64,000 bases of DNA, taken from the NCBI GenBank assembly GCA_934157035.1, contig CAKPHG010000004.1, forward strand, positions 53,594-117,593, given 5' to 3'. Below are positions 21,844 to 32,048 of this stretch, piece by piece. Origin of the DNA: an uncultured Clostridia bacterium. Its GTDB lineage: Bacteria > Bacillota > Clostridia > TANB77 > CAG-508. A program made the translations under genes and the position numbers. Numbering within the stretch: position 1 is the first letter of the stretch; the number at the start of each line of letters is the position of its first letter. The notes below the pieces were generated by a model, which saw nothing but the letters and a program-made list of their open reading frames with translations, made no database searches and was not told the origin of the DNA.

Positions 21844-22641
21844 TTATCCTAATGCAACATCTAGTACCATCATTAATACAAATCCACCTATTAGTCCTAT
21901 CGTAGCTAAGTTTTTGTAATCTTTTACTGACTCAGGAAGTAATTCTCTTGCAACTACTATTATCATTGCACCTGCTGCAAAAGCTAATAAGAATGGCAAC
22001 ATACTTCTTATATATAAAACAAGTACTGCTCCTATTACAGCTGCTACAGGTTCAACTAATGCAGACGCCTGACCTATCATAAAGCTTTTAAATCTTGAAT
22101 ATCCTTCACTTCTAAGAGGAAGAGACACTGCTGCTCCTTCTGGAAAGTTTTGTATTCCTATTCCGAGTGCCAACATAACTGCTCCTACTAAAGTCATTCC
22201 TGGTACACCACTTGCTATTCCTCCAAAAGCTACACCTACTGCCATTCCTTCTGGTATGTTGTGTATAGTTATAGCTGATATTAAAAGAATACATCTTTTT
22301 AAAGACGATTTACTTCTTAAACTATCTTTACTTTTTAGAGCTTTATCCAAGAATTTATCAGAAAATAATACAAATAATCCTCCTATAATAAAACCTACTG
22401 CAGGTAAAATCCACTCTATGTATCCTAATTCTGCAGATAATTCAATTGAAGGTGCAATTAATGACCAAAAAGCTGCTGCAATCATAACTCCTGCACTAAA
22501 ACCTAAAATTGTATTTAATACTTTTTTATTCATTTCTTTAAAAAAGCAAACAACCAAGGCTCCTAATGCTGTTACTCCCCAAGTAAACATACAAGCAAGT
22601 AATGCCTGAATTACTGGATTTAAATTTTCAAACCAACCCAC
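21844..22641 (-). CDS. zupT: ZIP-family zinc/metal transporter
   Basis: 265 aa, 8 TM, His-rich loop and ZupT-like sequence. Confidence 0.85.
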   Translation of the reverse strand: MGWFENLNPVIQALLACMFTWGVTALGALVVCFFKEMNKKVLNTILGFSAGVMIAAAFWSLIAPSIELSAELGYIEWILPAVGFIIGGLFVLFSDKFLDKALKSKDSLRSKSSLKRCILLISAITIHNIPEGMAVGVAFGGIASGVPGMTLVGAVMLALGIGIQNFPEGAAVSLPLRSEGYSRFKSFMIGQASALVEPVAAVIGAVLVLYIRSMLPFLLAFAAGAMIIVVARELLPESVKDYKNLATIGLIGGFVLMMVLDVALG

Positions 22642-22892
22642 TTTTATTCACCTCACACTACATAATATGATTTTGTTTTACATAATGTGACAGTGTATAT
22701 TTTAATTAATTGATGTACCATTTACATATAATTTATAACCATTAAAGTTAATGTTACTATATGATGTATCTTCATCTGTTAAACTTGTTACATAACAGTC
22801 TCCTGTTAGTGTTAATGTAGATGTATAAATTGCTTTTAAACTGCATTTAATCATACAACTTGCATTTACTTTACAGAATTGCATTTAGTTTT

Positions 22893-23318
22893 TTACTTCA
22901 CCGTATCTAAATTTAATGTTAAATCTCCAAACTCTAATTTATTTATACTATCAACATCATTTGTTCTTTTTAAAATATTTTTTATTCTAGCTAAAAGCTC
23001 TCTTGTATGAAATGGCTTTGTTATATAGTCGTCTGCTCCATTTTCTAACCCTTGTAATTTGTCGTTTATTTGAGATTTCGCAGTAAGCATAATTACAGGT
23101 GTTTTTATTTTTTCTTGTTTTATAGATTGTAAAATTTCAAATCCATCTTTACCGGGAAGCATTATATCTAATAATATTAAATCATATATTCCTGTTAAAG
23201 CCTCATTTTCTCCATCTATTCCATCTGTTACTATATCTACATTAAAGTTTTCTTTTTTTAAAGTCTCTGAAATTGCATCAGCTAGTGGATATTCATCTTC
23301 TATAATTAAAATGCGCAT
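22893..23318 (-). pseudogene. truncated OmpR-family response regulator (receiver domain intact, DNA-binding domain lost); orphan
   Basis: MRILIIEDE...DLILLDIMLPGKDG...TAKS receiver motifs; ORF stops after LEFGDLTLNLDTVK, about 90 aa short of a full winged-helix domain. AGGAGG RBS before ATG 23318. No histidine kinase nearby. Confidence 0.65.
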
Positions 23319-23455
23319 ACATATACCTCCTGTATTTTTATAAAAGTATACCAAACTTTTATTGAAGTATTATTGAAACTTATTATATCAGAAAATGTAT
23401 TTTTTTACAAAATTTATACATACTATAATAAAATAATTTTATGGAGGATTTTACA

Positions 23456-23893
23456 ATGAAAAATGAAAATTTAAATATTCTAGATGAAGTAAACAAAGGT
23501 GCAACTATGGGAATGGATGCAATTTCTTATATTAGCGAAAAAGTAAAAGATGATACTTTTAAAAAGGTGTTAGATGGTGAGTACAATAAATATAAAGATA
23601 TTTCAAGAAGAGTAAATAATATTTATTCAAATTACACAGATGAAAAAGAACCTCATGAGACAAATGGAATGACAAAAATGATGACATGGTATGGCATACA
23701 AATGAAAACTATGACTGACGATACTACTTCTAAATTATCTGAACTTTTAATGCAAGGAACTAATATGGGAATTATTGAAGGAAGACGTTTAATAAATCAA
23801 AATCCTGATGCTGATAAAGATGTAAAAGGTATTTTAGATGATTTTGTTACTATGCAAGAAGATAGCGTTGAAACTTTAAAAAAATATTTGTAA
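23456..23893 (+). CDS. hypothetical helical protein (possible four-helix-bundle/ferritin-like family)
   Basis: GGAGG RBS 9 nt before ATG 23456; 145 aa predicted all-alpha protein; family not confidently recognised. Confidence 0.5.
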   Translation: MKNENLNILDEVNKGATMGMDAISYISEKVKDDTFKKVLDGEYNKYKDISRRVNNIYSNYTDEKEPHETNGMTKMMTWYGIQMKTMTDDTTSKLSELLMQGTNMGIIEGRRLINQNPDADKDVKGILDDFVTMQEDSVETLKKYL

Positions 23894-23965
23894 TTTCTTA
23901 TTTTACTTGCACTTTTTAATGTTTATTATTATAATAAATTGTAATTAATAGTTAGGAGTTTTATT

Positions 23966-24322
23966 ATGGAGCATTGGAGTGTAGAAGATTACAAAAATTA
24001 TACTGATGGTAGTAAAAAGAAAAAAAGTAAATATAGATCAAATAAAGTCTCTGTTGATGGACATACTTTCGATAGTCAAAAGGAAGCTACTTATTATAAT
24101 GAATTAAAATTACGTTTGCAAGCTAAAGAAATAAATGGTTTTTGCCTTCAACCTACTTTTATGTTAGCACCTAGTCTAAAATATAAAGCTGACTTTATTG
24201 TTTTTCATAAAGATGGTTCTAGTGAAGTTATAGATGTAAAAGGCTTTAAAACTAAAGAATATATTGCAAAGAAAAAAGTGTTTGAAGATAAATTTAATTT
24301 GAAAATAACAGAAATAGAATAA
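23966..24322 (+). CDS. DUF1064-family protein (phage-associated)
   Basis: VDGHTFDSQKEATYYNELKL...ADFIVF..DG...IDVKG motif pattern typical of DUF1064. Confidence 0.65.
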   Translation: MEHWSVEDYKNYTDGSKKKKSKYRSNKVSVDGHTFDSQKEATYYNELKLRLQAKEINGFCLQPTFMLAPSLKYKADFIVFHKDGSSEVIDVKGFKTKEYIAKKKVFEDKFNLKITEIE

Positions 24323-24417
24323 ATTGCTTTTTTAAATAAAAAAGTTCAAATTAAGATCCCTCATATTAGATATTTTCTCTAATTATGAGGGATTATTTTA
24401 TATTTCTTATATTTTAA

Positions 24418-24705
24418 TTATAAATCAAATATATTTGCTTTTAATACTATTTTTGAAATTTTAGTTTTTTCGCTTAATGGAATATTCCAATTACTAGCTA
24501 AAATAGATTTGCCTTTTTTATACTCTTTTGAAGGCTCACCTGCTATTTTATTTAATTGCCTTTGAAGTTCTACTTTATTTGTATATATGCTTAAAACATT
24601 TTCTTCATATAGTACATTTATTGTTGTTTCTTCTTCGGCTTTATTAGGCTCTTTGTATATTTTAACCTCTTTTACTTTCTTTTCTTTTTTTTTCATTTTC
24701 AACAT
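24418..24705 (-). CDS. hypothetical Lys-rich small protein
   Basis: 95-aa ORF convergent with the DUF1064 gene, separated by a bidirectional hairpin terminator (24340..24395). Confidence 0.4.
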   Translation of the reverse strand: MLKMKKKEKKVKEVKIYKEPNKAEEETTINVLYEENVLSIYTNKVELQRQLNKIAGEPSKEYKKGKSILASNWNIPLSEKTKISKIVLKANIFDL

Positions 24706-24812
24706 CCTTTTTTACTTTGTAGCTATATAATATCATAAAACAAAATATTTTTCCACTCATTTTTCTAAACATTGTACCGAATTGAGAAAAAGTATCAGTT
24801 GAGGACTATCCC

Positions 24813-25733
24813 CTAATTGTGATTTTTTCTTATTTTTGCTATAAAGAAGCCTTCATAAAGCTCGGTTGGCATTACACAAAGTGTTCCATCTATTTTGGTT
24901 GGTAATAATGGTAATTCTTCTTTTCCTTTAAATTCTATTGGTACTATTTCTACTTTATTGTTTTTTAATATTTTACTTACTATCTCCTCGTTTTCTTTGT
25001 TTAAAATAGAGCATGTTGAATATACCATTTCTTGACCTTGTTTTAATATTTTTACTGCTTTGTTTAACAATTCTAATTGCGCTTTTTGTGATTTTTCTAT
25101 TAGTTTTTCTGTAAATGTTTTTTCTAAATTTACATCTTCAACATTTAAAGTTCCACTACCACTACATGGTGCATCTAAAAGTATGTTATCAAATGAGAAA
25201 AAATCATTTATTCTTCTGCTATCTTCTTGCATTATATATACAGATGTTGCTCCCTGTTTTTCTATGTTGTATTTTAGCTTTTCTATTCTTATTTTATTTA
25301 ACTCACATGCTGTTATATTTGCATTATTGTTTGTTAAACTTGCAAGCTCTGTAGTTTTTCCACCTGGTGCTGCACACATATCTAAAATGTCTGTATTTTC
25401 TTTTGGCTCTAGTACTATAGGTGGTAACATTGAAGATAAACTTTGAAGATAAATTTCGCCATTTTTATAAATTTCTAATTCTTTTAAAGTATCTTCTCTT
25501 ACATTTTTTACTATATATGCAACATCACTCCAAGAAACTTTTTCAAATTCTATATTATTATTTTTTAGTACTTCTTCTACTTTTTCTATACTCATTTTTA
25601 AAGTATTTATTCTAAAAGTTACCATTCTCTTTTGAGAATATCCTTCTAATATTTTACTTGTTATTCCTTCCCCATATTGCTTATTTAACATTTCTATTAA
25701 AAATTCTGGTACAATTTTTTCGTTATTTTTCAT
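24813..25733 (-). CDS. RsmB/RsmF (NOL1/NOP2/Sun) family RNA cytosine-C5 methyltransferase
   Basis: SAM-binding DMCAAPGGKT and catalytic LLDAPCSGSG motifs. Confidence 0.85.
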   Translation of the reverse strand: MKNNEKIVPEFLIEMLNKQYGEGITSKILEGYSQKRMVTFRINTLKMSIEKVEEVLKNNNIEFEKVSWSDVAYIVKNVREDTLKELEIYKNGEIYLQSLSSMLPPIVLEPKENTDILDMCAAPGGKTTELASLTNNNANITACELNKIRIEKLKYNIEKQGATSVYIMQEDSRRINDFFSFDNILLDAPCSGSGTLNVEDVNLEKTFTEKLIEKSQKAQLELLNKAVKILKQGQEMVYSTCSILNKENEEIVSKILKNNKVEIVPIEFKGKEELPLLPTKIDGTLCVMPTELYEGFFIAKIRKNHN

Positions 25734-25777
25734 TATTTTTAATATCTCCTTTTTATAAATTGTATCTATTATGCTTT

Positions 25778-27100
25778 TTAGCCTTTCTCTAATATTCTTT
25801 TTTCCTTTTGTGTTTCCGTAACACTATTACTTAATACTATAGTTCCAACAATAGATATAATTATAAATATAAAAATTATTTTCAAATTATTCAAATTGTG
25901 TGAAAATCCAACAAATATTAATAACAAAGTATAACCTAATATTCTTCCAATATTTAAAAATAATTCTCTATATAAAAAATACTCTGTATTGTATTTATCT
26001 TTATATTCCTTCTTATTAGAATAATTAAATAAATTGACTTCTGTAATTTTTAATATAATATTCATAAAAATGTAATAACTGATATTGTATAAAATAATAG
26101 AATTCATATTTATATTGTTCATTACTAAAGCAAAAGTAATAAAAAGAAATCCTAAAGAAAAACCTAATATAATCTTTTTATGTTTTTCCTTATAAAATTT
26201 AGCAAATATATACATTGTTAAAATAGAGCATAATGAAAGTAATGATGATATCCAACCTAATTCAAATTCATTCTTTGTATTATATATAATTAATAACGAT
26301 ACAACTAAACTCATAACTCCATATCTATTTATGCCTTTTAAAAATTCAATAGCATACAATTTTTTTAATGTTTTATCCTCTTTCAATTTATTAGCAAATT
26401 CTTTTACTTTTATATTTGATGTTTGTATATTTTTATTTTTTATATTAAAAGTATTTAAAATTTTAATAATTGAAAATATTAATATTAAAATTGCAGCTAC
26501 TTGATATGATTTTAAAGTTATATAAGCACCTAATATTATAGGAACAACAAAACTTATTATTTCTGTAAAAACAGAAACTAATCCTATGTATTTTGTTCTT
26601 TCTTTTTGCAGAATACTTTCTGACTCCATCATATTTAATGGAAATCCTGTAGTCGCTGTAGAAATACCATACATTATCCCAATTATATATACAAAATTAA
26701 TTATTTTATCTCCCATTACAATTATCATAAAAATATATAAAGCTTTTATAATAGTTCCAAATCTATATAATTTAATTTTATCTTTCTTTTTTATATAGTT
26801 AGCAACAATAAATGCACCTATTGTTGCTACTATCCATCCAACTATATTATAAATTGATAAATATAAAATATTTTGTTCCGTAATTTTATAAAAGTATGCT
26901 GCTAAAAATACATCTAAAAATATACTTATAACTTTTCCTATTGTTTGATCTACAATGAGTGTTTTAGCAGGTTTAGAAAGTCTATTACTTTGTTTTTTAT
27001 TAATATTACCTGTGTTTTTTAATTCTTTATCGTGTTCTACATATTCTTTCAATAATTCTTCATTAAAATTTGATGTTACATTATCTATTCCCATTTTCAT
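25778..27100 (-). CDS. MFS-type transporter whose first ~35 codons derive from a 5'(3')-deoxyribonucleotidase gene
   Basis: 12-TM MFS-like body. N-terminus MKMGIDNVTSNFNEELLKEYVEHDKELKNTG matches N-termini of dNT genes at 54834..56264 and 32049..32636. AAGGAG RBS before ATG 27100. Confidence 0.75.
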   Translation of the reverse strand: MKMGIDNVTSNFNEELLKEYVEHDKELKNTGNINKKQSNRLSKPAKTLIVDQTIGKVISIFLDVFLAAYFYKITEQNILYLSIYNIVGWIVATIGAFIVANYIKKKDKIKLYRFGTIIKALYIFMIIVMGDKIINFVYIIGIMYGISTATTGFPLNMMESESILQKERTKYIGLVSVFTEIISFVVPIILGAYITLKSYQVAAILILIFSIIKILNTFNIKNKNIQTSNIKVKEFANKLKEDKTLKKLYAIEFLKGINRYGVMSLVVSLLIIYNTKNEFELGWISSLLSLCSILTMYIFAKFYKEKHKKIILGFSLGFLFITFALVMNNINMNSIILYNISYYIFMNIILKITEVNLFNYSNKKEYKDKYNTEYFLYRELFLNIGRILGYTLLLIFVGFSHNLNNLKIIFIFIIISIVGTIVLSNSVTETQKEKRILEKG

Positions 27101-27168
27101 TAATTGCTCCTTATTATTCACCATTTATATCTACTATCATATCATATTAATATAAATAAGAAAAGAAG

Positions 27169-27210
27169 AATAAGGACATTTGGGGACGGGGCTCTTTTGT
27201 TCTTTACATA
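27169..27210. repeat. degenerate copy of the GGGAC-core/AATGTCCTT repeat family, abutting the stop of MFS gene 27214..28419
   Basis: Reverse complement TTATGTAAAGAACAAAAGAGCCCCGTCCCCAAATGTCCTTATT is ~85 % identical to 33447..33490. Confidence 0.7.
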
Positions 27211-27213
27211 ACT

Positions 27214-28419
27214 TCATTCTTTTTTACTTACAAAATAAATTCCTAGTGTTATATATGATAATATTGCTAAACCAAAAGTAATTTTTATAACATTATCATT
27301 TTCAGACAAAACTGTATATGATAGTATTGGCAAAATCGCTGTTACAATTCCTTCTATAAATCTTTCAAAAGTAACATATGATGTCTGTAATTTATCTTTT
27401 GAAGCCTCATATATAGCAACATTATCAAATATTTCATAAGCTCCATTCCCCATTCCTAGTAATAAATAAATTATTGGTAATATATATATTAATATTTCAT
27501 TTGATGCAATAAATAAACTTGAAAAAGCAAATATAAATATCATACACATTGGTAAAATAACCTTTTTCCAATTCCTACTATTTGCTTTTCTTGACCAAAA
27601 CTTACTTGATACTGCTTCAGATAAATTTATTATGATATTTAACAAACTATAATAAATATAATTTATATTTAAATATCTAAGTAAGAAAACATTTAAATAC
27701 ATTATACCTATTCCATTTGCAAATCTATTTATTCCACATGTTATAATTATCTTTCTAAATTTTTTATCTGTTGCTGGAATTTTTATTGTATCCTTTATGG
27801 TTATTTTATCTTCTTTTATAGGTGGTTTGTATGTATTAATTCTTATTGTTATATCTATAAATGCAATTAAAAATACAATTGAAAATAAAATCATAAATCC
27901 GTATAACTCATACCCATTTTGTGTGAATCTATCAAGAGTAATTCCCATAATTAAGCTAAATAATAAAACTATGGTATTTTTATACATATTTTTCGTTGCT
28001 GCAAACTTAGTTCTGTCTTCTTTTTTTAATAAAGACATTCTCCAATTAACAAAAGTTATATATCCCATCTCTCCTGTAATTGCATATATTGAAGCAAATA
28101 TAAAGAACAATATAGTTCGTATGTTTACATCTCTTGATATAAACGGAATAATTGCGAAGCATACTGATGCCAGTCTGTATATTGAATAATTTGTTAATAC
28201 AACTTTTTTTGATTGTCCTATTCGTGAAAACAATGGTGCTGCAAATATTTGTAAAACATTCGTTATTGTATCTAAAACAGCATAAATTCCAATTGCCAAG
28301 TCTGATAAACCTAAATATACAGCAAAAGCTGATATAAACGATGTGCTAGCTATTTTATTGTTTGCATTATCTAGTACTGATGAAGTTAAGTATTTTTGGT
28401 ATTCCTTTTTATAGTTCAT
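27214..28419 (-). CDS. MFS transporter
   Basis: 401 aa, 12 predicted TM helices, MFS-like organisation. Confidence 0.8.
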   Translation of the reverse strand: MNYKKEYQKYLTSSVLDNANNKIASTSFISAFAVYLGLSDLAIGIYAVLDTITNVLQIFAAPLFSRIGQSKKVVLTNYSIYRLASVCFAIIPFISRDVNIRTILFFIFASIYAITGEMGYITFVNWRMSLLKKEDRTKFAATKNMYKNTIVLLFSLIMGITLDRFTQNGYELYGFMILFSIVFLIAFIDITIRINTYKPPIKEDKITIKDTIKIPATDKKFRKIIITCGINRFANGIGIMYLNVFLLRYLNINYIYYSLLNIIINLSEAVSSKFWSRKANSRNWKKVILPMCMIFIFAFSSLFIASNEILIYILPIIYLLLGMGNGAYEIFDNVAIYEASKDKLQTSYVTFERFIEGIVTAILPILSYTVLSENDNVIKITFGLAILSYITLGIYFVSKKE

Positions 28420-28427
28420 TTTTTCTC

Positions 28428-29240
28428 CTATTCTATTTCTAACTTTTCATTGCAAAAATGTAATTTATCTATAATATCTTGTCCTATATGTTTATTTGCA
28501 ATTTCTACAGCTTTTTCACAGTTCATAATTTGATATTTAAAGTGAGCATCTACTCCATATAATACCTTTAAATTTTTATACTCTGAAGCTATTTTCCAAA
28601 ATTCTTTACAAGGATACACTATACTTTCTCTTTTTCCTATTATACATTCATTAGGATGAGATAAATTAATTTCTATTGGTATTCCATATTTTTCTGCTGT
28701 ACTACAAATTATGTGTGCAACTTTTTCATCTACTTTTCTAAAATTTTGTCTACTTAGCATATATATATCAGGATGTGCTATTATATCTGGTATGTTTTTT
28801 TCAATCGCTATTTTTACATATTCCGCATATTTTAAAGCATCATCATCAGTAAATTCTTGTCTTCTTAAAATTTTAATATCATTATTTTCATCATATATAA
28901 AATGCTGTCCCAGAATTATCTTATCTGATTCATTTTTTATTTCAAATAAGTTTTCCTCTTGTCCTGGTAAATATTCAACTTCAAAACCAGTCTCTATTTC
29001 TATTTTATCTTTATACTTTTCTTTTAAAGATTTTATACTATTTAAATATTCATTTTTTTCACTATATTTCATTCTCATATTTTTTCTATAATCTATTTCT
29101 TCTTTTTCAGGGCAATGGTCCGTAAATGCTATCTTTGTAAAACCCTTTTGAATAAATAGTTTTACAAAATCTTCATCTGTCATATTATTATCAGCATGTC
29201 CACATCTTCTTGTATGTGTATGGTAGTTAAATTTTTGCAC
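28428..29240 (-). CDS. PHP-domain phosphoesterase, histidinol-phosphatase (HisJ) family
   Basis: NYHTHTRRCGHA N-terminal metal-binding motif and further PHP His/Asp motifs. Confidence 0.75.
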   Translation of the reverse strand: MQKFNYHTHTRRCGHADNNMTDEDFVKLFIQKGFTKIAFTDHCPEKEEIDYRKNMRMKYSEKNEYLNSIKSLKEKYKDKIEIETGFEVEYLPGQEENLFEIKNESDKIILGQHFIYDENNDIKILRRQEFTDDDALKYAEYVKIAIEKNIPDIIAHPDIYMLSRQNFRKVDEKVAHIICSTAEKYGIPIEINLSHPNECIIGKRESIVYPCKEFWKIASEYKNLKVLYGVDAHFKYQIMNCEKAVEIANKHIGQDIIDKLHFCNEKLEIE

Positions 29241-29254
29241 AATTTCTCTCCTTT

Positions 29255-29857
29255 CTACAATTTCTTTTCATATATAAACGCTTTTTCAGTATATCCGTTT
29301 CCAAGTTGTCCTATTTCTTTGTTTTCAACTATTGTTTCATATACTTTTTTACATCCTAAATTTTCATAAAATTTATAATTACATGATTCATCTGTCATTA
29401 TTTGAAGATTTTTCATATTATCTTTTTTTGCAAGTTCAAATACTTCTAATAATAATTTTTTACCTATTTTCTTACCTCTATAATCTTCATCCACTATTAG
29501 TATAGAAACCTCTCCATCAAAATAATTTTTTAATTTCTCTGGAATGTAATTATAATTATTTTCATATTCTTTAAATGCTTCTAAATTTTTTATACTTTTG
29601 CTTTTGTACAATTTATTTTTTACAAGTTCATAAAACTTTTTAGATGCTACATGTTTACTTGAATTTTCTTTTGAATAACCACAAAATCCTATAAGTTTGT
29701 TTCCTTCTTTATATTTTATTATCTTTTCACTTTCTTGTAAAATATCTAATAAATATATCCAAGCACAAATATCATTATCTGCTCCTGCTTCTTTTTTTCC
29801 TAAATTCCATTCTTTACTCAGTATTTTTACAGCTTGTTTCATTTCATTGTAATTCAT
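29255..29857 (-). CDS. GNAT-family N-acetyltransferase
   Basis: Acetyl-CoA binding motif ILIVDEDYRGKKIGKKLL. Confidence 0.75.
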   Translation of the reverse strand: MNYNEMKQAVKILSKEWNLGKKEAGADNDICAWIYLLDILQESEKIIKYKEGNKLIGFCGYSKENSSKHVASKKFYELVKNKLYKSKSIKNLEAFKEYENNYNYIPEKLKNYFDGEVSILIVDEDYRGKKIGKKLLLEVFELAKKDNMKNLQIMTDESCNYKFYENLGCKKVYETIVENKEIGQLGNGYTEKAFIYEKKL

Positions 29858-29958
29858 CTATTTTTCCCTTCTCTCATGAAAATATGATTCATTTTGCCAA
29901 AAATAATTATTTTTTGAAATTTTTATTATTTTTCCTTTCTATATTTCTTAATAAAAAA

Positions 29959-30873
29959 CTACTTCAAAAACTCATCATCTATTATTACTTTACTATTTTC
30001 TATTTTTACATTTACTCCAATTGGAATTATACTATTAACAATTTTATGACCAAAATCATTACATTTAATAATTGGAAAACTATATTCTTTAGTATATTCA
30101 AGCAATATATCTTCCATTTGTGGATATATATTGCCATCTTTTTTTAAATCATAATTATATCCAATTACAATACCGTTTATTTTATCAAATATACCATATT
30201 GTTTTAAATGAGCAAATCTTCTTTGACACTCATTTGGTGATGTTTCATAACTCTCGATAAATAAAATATTATGGTCAATACTTGGTAAATATTCTGTTCC
30301 AAGTAGGTACATCATACAACCTAAATTTGTTCCAATAATTTTTCCTGAAGAAATGCCATTTCTTATAACTTCTTTATTTTCATTATTAAATTTATCTAAC
30401 TTTTTATTTATAAAAGCATCTTCAAATACTTTATACTGTTCTTTAGAATTTGTGTCTCCAAATGATATAAAATTTGGTCCACTAAATGTAATTAATCCTG
30501 TTTTTTTATAAATCGTTTGAAGTAATACTGTTATATCGCTATACCCAACTAATATTTTAGGATGCTTTTTTATTTCTTCATAATCTAATAAATCTATAAA
30601 TGTATTGCATGTTTGTCCACCTTCTAAACATATTATTGCTTTTACTTCGTCATCTAAGAACATATTCATAAGATCTTCTGCTTTTTGTTTTCTTGTTCCA
30701 CAAGAGCCATAGTAATCTTCTTCTACATATTTTCCAAATTTGATTTTAAAATTTTTGCTTTCCAAAAATTGCTTTGCATTAGCAAAGTCATTATACCTAT
30801 TATTTAAAGCTAAACTATTTGATACCCCTACTATTCCAATAGTATCTCCATAATTTAATTTATCCGCTAACAT
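29959..30873 (-). CDS. LD-carboxypeptidase (peptidase S66; LdcA/MccF-like)
   Basis: GYSDITVL nucleophile-elbow motif and S66-like architecture. Confidence 0.8.
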   Translation of the reverse strand: MLADKLNYGDTIGIVGVSNSLALNNRYNDFANAKQFLESKNFKIKFGKYVEEDYYGSCGTRKQKAEDLMNMFLDDEVKAIICLEGGQTCNTFIDLLDYEEIKKHPKILVGYSDITVLLQTIYKKTGLITFSGPNFISFGDTNSKEQYKVFEDAFINKKLDKFNNENKEVIRNGISSGKIIGTNLGCMMYLLGTEYLPSIDHNILFIESYETSPNECQRRFAHLKQYGIFDKINGIVIGYNYDLKKDGNIYPQMEDILLEYTKEYSFPIIKCNDFGHKIVNSIIPIGVNVKIENSKVIIDDEFLK

Positions 30874-32045
30874 AGTTTCTCCCTTTTTCTTAAATATATC
30901 ATATAATAAGCTAAACTTATTTGGAATATCATAAATAAAGCAGATAAGCCAAACATATATCGTAATCCTTTTTCATACATTAGACCACACAAAAATACTC
31001 CTATTGCCTCTCCTAAAAATCTAATTATATGACATACATTTGAAAAACTTAATTGATATTTATTTTCTAATCTATTAATGTATACAGCATCACAAATATT
31101 TTCGTATGCTGTTGAAATAAATATTGACCAGGTAATTGCAATTAATGTAATTGCTATATTATTTGATACAAATGCTACTATATATCCTAAAAATCTTATT
31201 CCAAATTTTATAGTTACTGTTAGATAATCATTTTTAGGTGTTAAATATTTTAATGCTATAATTCCAAATATGTCTGCTAAAAGACCAATTACTAATAAAT
31301 AATTTGTTGCTACATTATCGCTAAAATTAAAATAATTTGTTAATGTTAGCATTTTTAATCCAAGTGCTGTTGACATTGCAATAGTTCCTATTAAAGTATA
31401 AAACAAATATAATATTAAAATTTTATCTTTAAAAATATATTTTGAAGATATTTCTTTATGTTCATTATTATTTTCTAAGTTATTTACTTTTATATTAAGC
31501 AATATAAATAGTGAAAACATTAAGAATAAATTTGCTATAAATAAGCAAACATTATAATTTATAAGCAATCCTGCAATACTTTTGCCTATAAATACTCCAC
31601 CAAATAAAATTCCAACATCTCTAAATAAATACTCTGTTAATCTTCTTTTGCTATAGATTGTTCCAGTTTTTACTATTGTAGTTATTAATGGATATATACT
31701 TGTGATTATTATGTATTCTGTTACAATATCTATTATTATCGATAATTTAATTTTTCCTACATAGCTTGTACTATTTAAGAAACATAACCAAAACATATTT
31801 ATAAATTTTATTAATATAACTATAACTAATACACTCTTTAGTCTATCTATCTTTACATATTTTCCAATCAATCCAATAATTACAACGCTTATTAAAGTTC
31901 CTATACTTAATATACTACTTATATTTGTAACAGCAAAATTATTATCTTGTAACCATAGTTGTCTAAAGTTTCCCCATAATCCAACTGATATGCTGAAAAA
32001 TGCTAACATTATTAGTATTTGATTTTCATTTTTTATTTTTTTCAT
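30867..32045 (-). CDS. MFS transporter
   Basis: 392 aa, 12 TM; overlaps upstream gene by 7 nt. Confidence 0.8.
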   Translation of the reverse strand: MKKIKNENQILIMLAFFSISVGLWGNFRQLWLQDNNFAVTNISSILSIGTLISVVIIGLIGKYVKIDRLKSVLVIVILIKFINMFWLCFLNSTSYVGKIKLSIIIDIVTEYIIITSIYPLITTIVKTGTIYSKRRLTEYLFRDVGILFGGVFIGKSIAGLLINYNVCLFIANLFLMFSLFILLNIKVNNLENNNEHKEISSKYIFKDKILILYLFYTLIGTIAMSTALGLKMLTLTNYFNFSDNVATNYLLVIGLLADIFGIIALKYLTPKNDYLTVTIKFGIRFLGYIVAFVSNNIAITLIAITWSIFISTAYENICDAVYINRLENKYQLSFSNVCHIIRFLGEAIGVFLCGLMYEKGLRYMFGLSALFMIFQISLAYYMIYLRKREKLC

Positions 32046-32048
32046 TTG

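Noticed and set aside
22702-22884. 60-aa ORF (MQFCKVNASC…) immediately after the truncated response regulator
   Set aside because: No RBS, odd composition, and it is not the missing DNA-binding domain in any frame; probably non-coding remnant DNA.
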